Source: a virus (taxonomy: Duplodnaviria > Heunggongvirae > Uroviricota > Caudoviricetes). From it: a stretch of 64,000 nt of DNA. The position numbers were made by a program, and so were the translations under genes. This document shows positions 18,762-27,779 of the stretch, one piece after another (positions within the stretch are counted from its first letter, which is position 1; the number at the start of each line of letters is the position of its first letter). The notes beneath the pieces are model-generated. The model did no database searches and was not told the origin of the DNA. It worked only from the letters and a program-made list of their open reading frames with translations. The stretch spans positions 1 to 64,000 of the IMG/VR virus record IMGVR_UViG_3300045988_154997. One strand, written 5' to 3'.

Positions 18762-19801
18762 AAAATATCCAATTTGCTCAGATCAAATCCGCCGTCAGTA
18801 TCGTGGACAATCTTGCAATAAGCAGATACCGACTCTCCCAGGCTATCGATTTTGCTGGTTTCAGTTGTGCTGGCTGTACCTTCCATCATTGATGACTTAC
18901 GGATGAAGTTGCACACGACACCTTTTGCACCGATTGTTTTGAGGATGTTCTGGTACTTAATGCCTTCTTCATCGTTCTCAATTACGGCGCGGAAACGCAC
19001 GTAGTTGCCGCGAATTTGGTCATCAGCAACATCATCTTCCAGGTTAATGAATTTAGGCGCACTGGTTTCGTAGTGACTGAAACTGCCGTCCGGGTTTACG
19101 ATCATGTAGCCAGCCAGAGATCCAACATCTCCCCAATTTTGATGAGTCAGTGCACCGACACTGATAACTCCAGGAATGACCTCTTTGTGGTTGTGGTAAT
19201 GCCCACTAAGCACGAGACGAAAGCCGATATCCTTTAACTCCTGCGCATCGATACCGACGTCAGGCATTGTTGGAATGGCTTTGTTAATGGATGTATGGAT
19301 AACAACGTCATGATTATCACCTTCTACGCTCTTACGTAATGCTTTCAGATCGCTGATAAGCTCCGCATGATTGTTACGCCAGCTAATCAGGTGGACAGTC
19401 ACATCACCAATTTTTATTGAGTGTGGGCGCTTGCCACATACGATTACCACGCCGATAGAACTCAGCGATGCTGCTGCGTTGGCGCTATATACTGAATCGT
19501 TGGTTTCAAGATCGTGATTACCGGCCAGCATTACTACTGTCAGATCAAGCTCGTTGATAATCCACTTGTACGTTTCAGTTACGTAATGCAAAACAGAAGG
19601 GGACACAGTTCCTCGGACGTGAAATGTATCACCGGCAACCAACATGTACTTACAACCGGCCTTCTTCATGGCGATGGCTGCTTCTTTCGTTGCTTCCAAC
19701 TGTATTTCAAGTCTGGAGTTAAGCCCCTCAGCGTTCGTCGTGGAGAACGCATCCCATTTGTGGTAGTGGCAGTCAGAAATGACGCCGTATGGCAAAGTCA
19801 T
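18716..19801 (-). CDS. sbcD: SbcD/Mre11-like nuclease
   Basis: Calcineurin-like phosphoesterase motifs DCHYH, GDTFH, AGNHD, GHYH. Confidence 0.8.
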   Translation of the reverse strand: MTLPYGVISDCHYHKWDAFSTTNAEGLNSRLEIQLEATKEAAIAMKKAGCKYMLVAGDTFHVRGTVSPSVLHYVTETYKWIINELDLTVVMLAGNHDLETNDSVYSANAAASLSSIGVVIVCGKRPHSIKIGDVTVHLISWRNNHAELISDLKALRKSVEGDNHDVVIHTSINKAIPTMPDVGIDAQELKDIGFRLVLSGHYHNHKEVIPGVISVGALTHQNWGDVGSLAGYMIVNPDGSFSHYETSAPKFINLEDDVADDQIRGNYVRFRAVIENDEEGIKYQNILKTIGAKGVVCNFIRKSSMMEGTASTTETSKIDSLGESVSAYCKIVHDTDGGFDLSKLDILCQEILTEAESSEAV

Positions 19802-20055
19802 GTGTTTTTCCTTTGTGGTTATTTTGATACAAATTCTAAGAGCAATGAGGAGGTAAACAACTATGCATAACGGTATGTTAGGAATGAAACGAGCGCCTTA
19901 ATATACAAAATTTATAAGTAAGTATATACCTATTTATCGTGGCGCAACTTTGCTTGTCTGTATGACTAAAAATAAGACAGGATCACTGTAGAACGCTATG
20001 AGAGCTATTTTGAGGGGGCGTAGATTCTATCTACGCCAATATACGATCTGGAGGG

Positions 20056-20700
20056 TTACAGCGCGTCAGTGGGCTTTTTACGCGCTGCATTTATGCTTAT
20101 GACGCCAGCTTTTGGACGTGGGTCAACAAGGTTAAGCTCTTCTTCACTGTGGTATTCGAGGTCGAACTCACGTTTTACATGTCTGATGTAGATTGCGGTG
20201 AGCAGGCTATCTTTGGTCAGAAAGTGTCCGTAGGATTTGCGGATCACTTCTTCTACCTTCTCGATTTTCTCACCACCCATACAGAGATGATTAAACCGGC
20301 TGTGTTTCCGCAACATTTCGTCTACTGGGCCTGAGTAAACCTTGTCTACTTTCCCAAAACGGATGATTTTCCCTGTGTCTGCGGATACGAGGCAAATCAG
20401 CTTGTCTGGTGATAAACGATCTCGCCACGTCACACCTGAACGGAGTGTGTTGAAGTAGGGAGCATCCAATCCGATGATCGGTTTACGAAATGCGAGCAAT
20501 GGAACGTACCTGATGCAACTGTTTAAATGAAAATTCACACCAGCCTTATCAAGTTTAATTCTGGTTTCGTAGATCGGGCACTTCGCCGCTATACCGCAGA
20601 TGTCACAAAGCAACTTCTGCTTATTCAGGTTGGAATTTGATTCAATAGTGTAGGAGCCGTCTTCAAGACGACGAACCCAGCGCGTGCGTTTTAGATCCAT
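20056..20700 (-). CDS. hypothetical protein
   Basis: 214-aa ORF adjacent to the origin region; no motif recognised. Confidence 0.5.
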   Translation of the reverse strand: MDLKRTRWVRRLEDGSYTIESNSNLNKQKLLCDICGIAAKCPIYETRIKLDKAGVNFHLNSCIRYVPLLAFRKPIIGLDAPYFNTLRSGVTWRDRLSPDKLICLVSADTGKIIRFGKVDKVYSGPVDEMLRKHSRFNHLCMGGEKIEKVEEVIRKSYGHFLTKDSLLTAIYIRHVKREFDLEYHSEEELNLVDPRPKAGVISINAARKKPTDAL

Positions 20701-20778
20701 ATGTCATTTTTCTGTGATTGTTAGCCGAGGCAACGATAACCCACCAGGTGCGCCGAAGGTAGTAAATGCCTGTTTTAA

Positions 20779-20795
20779 TTATTCACATATCCACA
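20779..20795. promoter_or_regulatory. two tandem DnaA-box-like sequences (TTATTCACA, ATATCCACA)
   Basis: Match the TTATNCACA consensus; positioned at the outer edge of the iteron/GATC origin region. Confidence 0.5.
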
Positions 20796-20800
20796 GGATA

Positions 20801-20859
20801 GATCCTAATAAAGAGATCCATAGATAGATCCTTGTATAGATCAAATAAGATCCCCGATC
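20801..20859. promoter_or_regulatory. cluster of six GATC sites in heptamer-like repeats (AGATCC/TAGATCC) - candidate Dam-methylation-sensitive origin element
   Basis: GATC at 20801, 20815, 20827, 20839, 20849, 20856, read directly. Confidence 0.6.
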
Positions 20860-20899
20860 GCTGTAAGCCGCGCCACGACTGGTCTGAAGCCATGTTCAT

Positions 20900-21001
20900 G
20901 TATGCTGCCAGCGGTAATTGATAGTCTGTCAACGGTTCGCCGTATGCTACCAACTGTTTTTGGTATGCTGCCAGCGGCAAATCAAGTATGCTGTCAGCGG
21001 T
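20900..21001. repeat. iteron cluster upstream of rep: 4 copies of 'GTATGCTG(C/T)CAGCGG(T/C)' (one degenerate)
   Basis: Copies at 20900, 20942, 20963, 20986. Confidence 0.8.
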
Positions 21002-21021
21002 TGAATGACAAAGGTGTCCAC

Positions 21022-22116
21022 ATGTCCACAAAAAATAAAAAAGGTAAAAATAACAAAGAAGTAGAAGATAATCTCGACAACTTTGAAGAAGGTTCCCTTG
21101 AATTGTACACAGGGGAACTTGTCCCTAATAGCAACAATACAGTCCAACCAATTGCGTTGATGCGACTGGGGTTGTTCGTCCCCACGCTTAAGGGAACAAA
21201 ATACAGTAAACGTAACAAGCCAAATGAGATCGATGCTTCAAAGGAGCTTGTCCAGCTCGAAGTAGCCCGTTCTGAAGGCTATTCCGATATCAAGATAACC
21301 GGTCCTCGCCTGGACATGGATCATGATTTCAAAACGTGGGTGGGCGTTGTGCGTTCGCTGGCAGAATACGGCGAACCTAACGGTCGTGTCGAGTTAAGCA
21401 TCACGAAATTTGCGAAGTTTTGTGGCTATCCATCGTCACAGATCCGCAAAACACTCCGCGACCGGCTTACAAACAGTCTTTTGAAGATCATGCGTACAAC
21501 TCTGTCTTTCCAGAGAACGTATGAAGAAAAGAACGTCGACGGCTCTAACAAGATCTCGCTTCTGATGGTGCACCTCATCAATAGCGTGGACTACAACGAG
21601 CAGAAAGATACGGTGGTGTTCTATGCAGAACCGAAGCTGGCCGAACTATATCGCTTTGACCATAAGGTTCTTTTGCAGTTAAAGGTTATCAATAAGCTAC
21701 CACGCAAAGAAACAGCACAGGCTCTGTACACCTTCATCGAAAGTCTTCCAACCAAGCCTGCGCCGGTATCGCTTGCTCGATTGCGTGCGCGACTCAATTT
21801 GAGTAGCAGGAATGTCAGCTCGCAGAATCAGACTATACGCAACGGCTTAAAAGCTCTCCAAGATTTGGGTTATCTCGAATACAGCGAGATTAAGCGAGGG
21901 CGGTCGATCTATATCCAGATTCACAGCCGCAATCCAAAACTCAAAGTCGCACCGCCAAAACCTGAAGACATCGAACCCAAAAAACTAGATGAGAAAGCCG
22001 GGGAAATTGATGCCAAACAGAACATTATCAATAAGATAACCGAACTTTCGCAGAATTTGACGCCTGAAAATATCAAGATGATTGAGATCCTTTCCAATAG
22101 TCTCAAACTACTTTGA
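21022..22116 (+). CDS. repA: Iteron-type replication initiator (RepA-like)
   Basis: ORF flanked on both sides by iteron arrays; start set at ATG 21022 (AAAGG RBS) because the ORF-track start 20902 lies inside the iterons; Lys-rich N-terminus. Confidence 0.6.
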   Translation: MSTKNKKGKNNKEVEDNLDNFEEGSLELYTGELVPNSNNTVQPIALMRLGLFVPTLKGTKYSKRNKPNEIDASKELVQLEVARSEGYSDIKITGPRLDMDHDFKTWVGVVRSLAEYGEPNGRVELSITKFAKFCGYPSSQIRKTLRDRLTNSLLKIMRTTLSFQRTYEEKNVDGSNKISLLMVHLINSVDYNEQKDTVVFYAEPKLAELYRFDHKVLLQLKVINKLPRKETAQALYTFIESLPTKPAPVSLARLRARLNLSSRNVSSQNQTIRNGLKALQDLGYLEYSEIKRGRSIYIQIHSRNPKLKVAPPKPEDIEPKKLDEKAGEIDAKQNIINKITELSQNLTPENIKMIEILSNSLKLL

Positions 22117-22233
22117 TATGCTGTCAGCGGTGAAATGTATGCTATCAGCGGCTATTTTTCTGAAAAGTATGCTGTGAACGGTTAAAGATATGCTACCAGC
22201 GGTATAGTGAGATAAACGTATGCTGTGAGCGGT
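22116..22233. repeat. iteron cluster downstream of rep, 5 copies
   Basis: Copies at 22116, 22137, 22167, 22188, 22218 (about 21-30 bp spacing). Confidence 0.8.
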
Positions 22234-22393
22234 AAATCATCTATCACCACTCAATGCTCTTTTAAACCTCCCCAGTGGTTACTAACCTCGAAGAGTGCAT
22301 TCCATATAGGTTTGCGCTCACTAACATTCTATTCCCATTGCGTTGATTACTTGTAGTGAAAGGTATTTATTGCCTGCTGCCCCCTGATAGAAC

Positions 22394-22648
22394 GTATGCT
22401 GTCAGCGGTGTTTTATTGAGGAATTTTTGTTTGGATATGCTATCAGCGGTAATTAATGGCATATGTCAGACCTTCGTATGCTGCCAGCGGTAATTTTGTT
22501 CTGGTTATACCCATACCGGTACACATTATTCATGCAATGTCTTAAGTATGCTGTCAGCGGTAAAAAATCGAGTAAAGTATGCTGTGAGCGGTGAGATAGA
22601 CTCTCGATATGCTATCAGCGGCAGTTGATTGTGTATGCTGTCAGCGGT
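22394..22648. repeat. second downstream iteron cluster, 7 copies (incA-like copy-control array?)
   Basis: Copies at 22394, 22435, 22476, 22546, 22577, 22607, 22633. Confidence 0.8.
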
Positions 22649-22906
22649 GACGACTATGAAATATGACTGCGGAACGTGCCGCAGTCAGTTTGCATTTAGT
22701 GTATTTTCTTCAACAGACCCCAAAGTGTTCCGGCTTTTGTAGTCAGTTTTCCTGTTTCTGGATCGTACATACGCCATTCACGCCGCTGGTGGACGATATA
22801 CCCATCTTCACGTTCCAGACGCTCAAGAATGCCAGGCTGCTTGAACCCTTAGCACGCCAGTAGCCGCTTGTTTTCTCGATTTCCAGACCTGCCAGTGTTA
22901 ATGCCA

Positions 22907-23242
22907 TTATCCAACCTCCTTGCAGTCATCGAAAAGGTAGCTTTGCTGAGAAGCGTGAACGCCATAGAAGCCCTTGTATTTGTTGTATACGAAGTGGTCT
23001 TCTCCGACGCCGGTTAATTTGCCATTACGATTTGTGAGATATGGGGATGACAACACTCGATCGTCACGCACAACATAGAACTGGTCGCCGCTGTCTACGA
23101 CCATCGCTCCATATGGTGCTTTTATGACGTCGGTAAGAGCGCCATTCTTAACGTCGGCTACAGACATTTCACACTGATAAACAGTGGTGTCGGCCACAAC
23201 GATCGAAGAAAGGAACAACAGCGCGAATGGGATGGCCTTCAT
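22907..23242 (-). CDS. secreted protein (signal peptide), unknown function
   Basis: 111-aa ORF with N-terminal MKAIPFALLFLSSIVVA. Confidence 0.5.
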   Translation of the reverse strand: MKAIPFALLFLSSIVVADTTVYQCEMSVADVKNGALTDVIKAPYGAMVVDSGDQFYVVRDDRVLSSPYLTNRNGKLTGVGEDHFVYNKYKGFYGVHASQQSYLFDDCKEVG

Positions 23243-23418
23243 GCTGCCACCTCTTTGATTACATCAAATGCTGAATTAAATACGAGCACGATAGCCAAAG
23301 CGTTTATGACTACGTCGTGCACCGGGGAAAAGACTTTACGAATGACACCAGTGAAAATGCAGTCGATGACAAAAGCTATTGAAACGATGAGTAACAAGTA
23401 TTCAATAAAAATCTTCAT
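23239..23418 (-). CDS. small hydrophobic protein (59 aa), uncertain
   Basis: Unlisted ORF MKIFIEYLLLIVSIAFVIDCIFTG...; stop overlaps the start of 22907..23242; no obvious RBS. Confidence 0.25.
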   Translation of the reverse strand: MKIFIEYLLLIVSIAFVIDCIFTGVIRKVFSPVHDVVINALAIVLVFNSAFDVIKEVAA

Positions 23419-23457
23419 GATAGGTAGATACTAACTTATATAAATTTTACTGTAAAC

Positions 23458-23733
23458 TCACTCAAAAGTGCTGATGCTTAAAATACGCTCAAGATGTTCG
23501 GCATCTTCATCACTGATTTGTTGAGTCTCTTCTACGTACCAACAGTTGCCGTTATGCCAACAAACACCATCATCATCAACCATCACTGAATCAGCGTCAT
23601 GACCTGTATATTCAACGAGAATACGCTGGATCAGCGCGTCAGTTTCTTCGTCGTTAAGGCCATCGGCTTTGACCATAAAAAGCGGAAACACGTCATAGAC
23701 AGTGCTGGTAACGATTCGAACTAAAACTCTCAT
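23458..23733 (-). CDS. hypothetical protein
   Basis: 91-aa ORF with the shared initiation sequence. Confidence 0.5.
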   Translation of the reverse strand: MRVLVRIVTSTVYDVFPLFMVKADGLNDEETDALIQRILVEYTGHDADSVMVDDDGVCWHNGNCWYVEETQQISDEDAEHLERILSISTFE

Positions 23734-23788
23734 GTGTTTTTCCTTTTGTGGTTAGTGTTTACTTATTTTGTTAGTTATGAATAGGCGA

Positions 23789-24214
23789 TCAATCTTCTTG
23801 TTTAGGGAAAAACTGTTCAATAACTCTGTCAACGGCTGTGTCTATATGGAGTAGATGCCACACAACCATATCTTTGCTTCCCATGCCTTGTGTGAATATC
23901 ACGTCATACTTACGCCATGCGCAGTGGAACCAATATGCTGAGTCATCAATTGGTAAATCCTCTCCCGCCTCTTTGAAGTATTTCAGCAGCATTGCCTGCT
24001 CTGCCGTTGGCGTTGGACCTATTTCCTGAGCGTACATACGGATGAATCGCTGCCAGTCTGTCTCCTCGGTGGTCGGATCTGGTGGATTCATTTCGGCGAT
24101 AGCGTTTCGTAGCTGATGCGCCCAATCAGGTTCAGGAAAGCCTTTTGATACTTCATCATCAATAACATCCAGAGCCGCGTTTGCGGCATCGTAGAGTTTC
24201 TTAATAGCTGTCAT
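23789..24214 (-). CDS. hypothetical protein
   Basis: 141-aa ORF; upstream palindrome at 24228..24249. Confidence 0.5.
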   Translation of the reverse strand: MTAIKKLYDAANAALDVIDDEVSKGFPEPDWAHQLRNAIAEMNPPDPTTEETDWQRFIRMYAQEIGPTPTAEQAMLLKYFKEAGEDLPIDDSAYWFHCAWRKYDVIFTQGMGSKDMVVWHLLHIDTAVDRVIEQFFPKQED

Positions 24215-24262
24215 ATTTTCTTAACCCTTTAAACAAATTGTTTTCTTAATAAGATAATTGCG

Positions 24263-24288
24263 ATAAAAAAGGCGTCCAACTGGACGCC
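24263..24288 (-). terminator. Rho-independent terminator (GGCGTCCA-gtt-GGACGCC + TTTTTT on minus strand)
   Basis: Read directly; 3' of the SPFH lipoprotein gene. Confidence 0.65.
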
Positions 24289-24305
24289 TGAACTTTTAAG
24301 GGGAG

Positions 24306-25136
24306 TTATTTCACTGTAATGAAAGGAGTGTTAGCCCCTTGAGTCATGTACTGCGGTAACTGGCCATTCCATTTATTGATGGCTTCCAGCTCCATAACGT
24401 TCGGGTTTTGACGCAGAGCTTCACCGCGCAGACGAATGGCGTCGGCTTCTGCTTGCGCACGAGCACGGATAGCATCAGCTTCACCATTAGCCTGTTCACG
24501 TAGCATATTCGCCTCAGCTTTACGCTGTTCAACTTCCTGCTGACGTTGCAGAGTACGCTGGTTAGCCGTTACTTTGGCGTTGATAGATTCAATGACGGTT
24601 TTTGGGTAATCAGGCTTTCCAACCCATGACAGGCTCAGTACCTCAATACCAACCGGAGACATCTCTTTCTGAATATCTTTCAGTGCGTTGTCCAGCAATT
24701 GTGCCTTACCACCGTCGATAAATGAGTCGGTGGTCATACGGCTGGCCAAACGGTTTAGAGAGTCGGCAATTTTCTGACGCAGATCTGATTCGGTGATATC
24801 GTCTACGCCTTTGCGATAGGTCTGGAACACCGTCGTTACCTTGTCACGATTAACCAGATACGCAACGCCAATTTTGTGACCAATAGCAGTACCGTCACTC
24901 ATCTGGAATGTGAACGGCTCGTCGTAGGTCTTCATTTGTTTGAAGGTCGGGAATACGTAAAGTTCGGTGTTAAGACCTGTCCATTGGCGACCAACGCCAA
25001 CCACTTCACCAATCCCTTTGTCTTCACCTAATTTGTTTACTTTGATGCCAACGTATCCAGGCTCCACGCGATCACAGCCAGTAAGACCCATTGTGCAAAT
25101 AGCCGCCAGAGCAACTGCAAGTAAACCTTTCTTCAT
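24306..25136 (-). CDS. SPFH/band-7 domain lipoprotein
   Basis: Lipobox LTGC after signal peptide; Ala/Glu/Arg-rich coiled C-terminal region typical of stomatin/prohibitin-like proteins (assignment by pattern, moderate). Confidence 0.6.
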   Translation of the reverse strand: MKKGLLAVALAAICTMGLTGCDRVEPGYVGIKVNKLGEDKGIGEVVGVGRQWTGLNTELYVFPTFKQMKTYDEPFTFQMSDGTAIGHKIGVAYLVNRDKVTTVFQTYRKGVDDITESDLRQKIADSLNRLASRMTTDSFIDGGKAQLLDNALKDIQKEMSPVGIEVLSLSWVGKPDYPKTVIESINAKVTANQRTLQRQQEVEQRKAEANMLREQANGEADAIRARAQAEADAIRLRGEALRQNPNVMELEAINKWNGQLPQYMTQGANTPFITVK

Positions 25137-25139
25137 TAC

Positions 25140-25340
25140 TTATTTCCCCTTTGCTTTGATTAATGAGTTGATAAACTTACGACCAGCAATAAGACCGATT
25201 ACAGGAGCACCAAAACCAACGATAACTCCAAACATGACGGCTAAATCACTCTTGGTAGAAATCAGCGACGGAACCAGTAAACCGTAGATGAGAGCCACTG
25301 AAAGGCCTGTGGCTACTGCCAATAGATAGATTTTGATCAT
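25140..25340 (-). CDS. small two-TM membrane protein upstream of SPFH gene (NfeD-like partner?)
   Basis: 66-aa ORF with the shared initiation sequence. Confidence 0.45.
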   Translation of the reverse strand: MIKIYLLAVATGLSVALIYGLLVPSLISTKSDLAVMFGVIVGFGAPVIGLIAGRKFINSLIKAKGK

Positions 25341-25402
25341 GTGTTTTCCTATGTGGTTGTTATGCGAAAATAATAAGTAAGTGCTTATATATTTTCAAGA
25401 GA

Positions 25403-25426
25403 TAAAAAAGGCGTCCTGTGGACGCC
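25403..25426 (-). terminator. Rho-independent terminator (GGCGTCC-tgt-GGACGCC + TTTTTT on minus strand)
   Basis: Read directly; 3' of the RecA-like gene. Confidence 0.65.
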
Positions 25427-25432
25427 TTGTGT

Positions 25433-26506
25433 TTACTCTTCTACTGACTCGGTGGGGTTGTCTTTTGCTCTTCGGTCGTCGATTGCCTGCAAAGCCGCAA
25501 TGATTTCAGCCAGTGGCTTCTCCCGATACATCTCAACGATCTGCGATTTGGTGTATTTCTTGTCACCAATTTCAACTCGCCCGCTGGCGTTCTTTGGCAG
25601 GTATCCTTCTTCCAGCATGTACTCGACGAGCGATTCGATAACGTCGAGGCCACGAGTAGGATCGAAGTAGAATTTCCAGGTGCATTTGCCATACGGTGGT
25701 GCAACTTTGTTTTTGATGCATTCTGCGCCTACGTCCTGGCCGATCTTCTCTTTACCATCCTTCATCACCGATGCACCAAGACGGATACGTACAGAAGCGT
25801 AGAACTTCGGTGAATCTCCACCTGGCGACGTAGTAGGGTCGCCAAACATTACACCGATTTTTGTGCGAACCTGATTCAAGAAGATGATGCAGGCGTTGTA
25901 TTTGCGTGCCCACAAAGCCAGAGTAGGGAAGTTCGCACTCGTCGCACGAGCCAGTGCCGTATTGTCGTTCATGTTTAGCTGATCTTTGTCTTTGGCAGTG
26001 CCTTCAGCCATCTTTTCGAACTTCTCGGCTTTGGAGTTCGGAACCATAGACGCAAGAGAGTCAGCCACGATACAGATAGGTGCTGATTCGGGGATAAGCT
26101 CTTCATCACGAACCAATTTAAGTATTGTGCCGATCAACTCTACAGAGTCTTCGAAGGTATCTGGCTGCTTGTATACCCACTGACCGTCATCCTCATCTGC
26201 GTTCAGGCCATTGGCTACAGCCAGGCCAACGTCAAAACTGTTTTCATGATCGAGGAATACCGCCAGACCATCTTGTTTCTGTGCGGAGATCATTGCTGCT
26301 GTTGCAAGGAACGTTTTCCCTGCACTTGGAGGGCCGAATACTTCGACGATACGACCACATGGGAAGCCGCCATCGTAACGACCAGAAATAGCTTTGTTTA
26401 ACGGTGGAAAGCCTGTATCAATCCAATGAGTTACTTTCTGAATTTCGTCGTTGCTACCGATTTTCTTTTTCAGAGCAAGTGCCAGTGCGGATTTTCCTTT
26501 TGCCAT
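25433..26506 (-). CDS. RecA/UvsX-like recombinase
   Basis: GRIVEVFGPPSAGKTFLA Walker A in RecA-like context (compare E. coli RecA GRIVEIYGPESSGKTTL). Confidence 0.75.
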   Translation of the reverse strand: MAKGKSALALALKKKIGSNDEIQKVTHWIDTGFPPLNKAISGRYDGGFPCGRIVEVFGPPSAGKTFLATAAMISAQKQDGLAVFLDHENSFDVGLAVANGLNADEDDGQWVYKQPDTFEDSVELIGTILKLVRDEELIPESAPICIVADSLASMVPNSKAEKFEKMAEGTAKDKDQLNMNDNTALARATSANFPTLALWARKYNACIIFLNQVRTKIGVMFGDPTTSPGGDSPKFYASVRIRLGASVMKDGKEKIGQDVGAECIKNKVAPPYGKCTWKFYFDPTRGLDVIESLVEYMLEEGYLPKNASGRVEIGDKKYTKSQIVEMYREKPLAEIIAALQAIDDRRAKDNPTESVEE

Positions 26507-26508
26507 GA

Positions 26509-26781
26509 TCAGGCTCCTTTTGTTTCGTTGATTCGTTTTAAAGCGGCGGATTCGTCGAATACAATCGCATCGTGATTAAGGAGTCTGGATACACGAGCGA
26601 GGATTTTTACGACCTGCTCGCTGACTAATCCAAACTCGCGATCTGTCGCTTTCATTCCGGCAGCGCCCAGAATTGACGGCAGTGCGATGACAGCGTACTC
26701 ACCGTGATAAAAGACAATCTCTTTTGCCAGTTGGGTGGGGGTGGTTGTAGCGCCATTAATAATCGATTTAAGCATTAGCAA
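26509..26781 (-). CDS. hypothetical protein
   Basis: 90-aa ORF. Confidence 0.45.
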   Translation of the reverse strand: MLMLKSIINGATTTPTQLAKEIVFYHGEYAVIALPSILGAAGMKATDREFGLVSEQVVKILARVSRLLNHDAIVFDESAALKRINETKGA

Positions 26782-27719
26782 TACCTTTCGAATGGAAGAA
26801 CAAACACTTCAAGGTCTTCAAGGAACGAACGGAAATTCAGCTCGTAGCACAGTTGCTCGAATGCTTTCACGTCACGATTGCCTTTGATTGTTTCGATTTC
26901 GGTAGGCGGAAACTTCGTCTCAATCAGGTTCATTAGCGTGATGTTTCTCTTGAACGCTTCGAGCATTCGACAGCCTGTTTTCTCGTTGAAGGCATTCTTC
27001 GCTAGTTTGTTGAAGGCGGTCTTATGGCGTCCTTTGTCAACCACGATTGAGCCGTCGTTGATGCCGCGTACCATCGTTGCGACACTTCCCCATTCATGCA
27101 GCAGCTCTTTCGCACCGCCAGCACCAATGCCACCAACACCGCTAATGTTGTCCGATTTATCGCCTTGTAATGCTTTTGCTTCCAAAAATGCGCGAGGAGT
27201 AGCGAATCCTGTCAGCTCCGCAAATTGCTCAAAATTAACCTGCTTGTTTTTGGCGTCTTCACGCAGGCTTACCCAGCTTACGTTTTCACGAACTAACTGA
27301 AGCCAGTCGCTATCGCCTGTTAACAGATAGATGTGTTCAACGGTTGGCTGCGGTGCCATGCGGGATACCAGCAGCCCGGCCAGATCATCCGCTTCTGCAT
27401 CTTTTGCAATGAGTTGGGTAACTCCAAGCGCGGTCATCATTTTGAGGATGTATGGCTTCTGGATAGCAAAGCCTTCCTTCATCTTTTTCATATCAGGATC
27501 GTCGTCGCGATTTGCTTTGTAGTCCGGGTAAAAGTCGCGACGCTTGTCACTAAATCCATCCCAAAGAATCATAGGTCGGGCATGGAGGATGGAGGCATAA
27601 CGACGGACGTTCTTAACAAAGCCGAAAGCAGCCTGTACTTCCATTTCGCCGTTGTGCAATTTGTCAGATTGTTGGTGGTAATAACCCAGGCTATTGCCAT
27701 CTACGAAGAGATAATTCAC
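26775..27719 (-). CDS. 5'-3' exonuclease / flap endonuclease (FEN, T5 D15-like)
   Basis: YLFVDGNSLGYY N-terminal motif plus GDKSDNISGVGGIG helix-hairpin-helix region; start moved to GTG at 27719 (GGAAGG RBS). Confidence 0.8.
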   Translation of the reverse strand: MNYLFVDGNSLGYYHQQSDKLHNGEMEVQAAFGFVKNVRRYASILHARPMILWDGFSDKRRDFYPDYKANRDDDPDMKKMKEGFAIQKPYILKMMTALGVTQLIAKDAEADDLAGLLVSRMAPQPTVEHIYLLTGDSDWLQLVRENVSWVSLREDAKNKQVNFEQFAELTGFATPRAFLEAKALQGDKSDNISGVGGIGAGGAKELLHEWGSVATMVRGINDGSIVVDKGRHKTAFNKLAKNAFNEKTGCRMLEAFKRNITLMNLIETKFPPTEIETIKGNRDVKAFEQLCYELNFRSFLEDLEVFVLPFERYC

Positions 27720-27732
27720 CGGTACATTCCTT

Positions 27733-27764
27733 CCAAAAAGTAAGGCGTCCGTAGACGCCTTACT
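27733..27764 (-). terminator. hairpin (TAAGGCGTC-cgta-GACGCCTTA + TTTTT) between SSB-like and FEN genes
   Basis: Read directly. Confidence 0.5.
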
Positions 27765-27779
27765 GGTCACGTAATGGGA

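Noticed and set aside
20902-21021. ORF-track N-terminal extension of the rep ORF (start at 20902)
   Set aside because: This stretch is made of the iteron repeats (peptide MLPA...MLPA... mirrors the repeats); a good RBS and ATG are at 21022.
20900-22648. Regularly spaced 16-bp direct repeats that could be mistaken for a CRISPR array
   Set aside because: Repeats are short, partly degenerate, irregularly spaced (about 21-70 bp), and flank a rep gene with DnaA boxes and GATC sites; no cas genes. Interpreted as plasmid iterons.
22650-22690. Hairpin GACTGCGG...CCGCAGTC after the last iteron as a terminator
   Set aside because: No adequate T-run on either strand; may be a protein-binding site or part of the frameshifted small ORF's 3' region.
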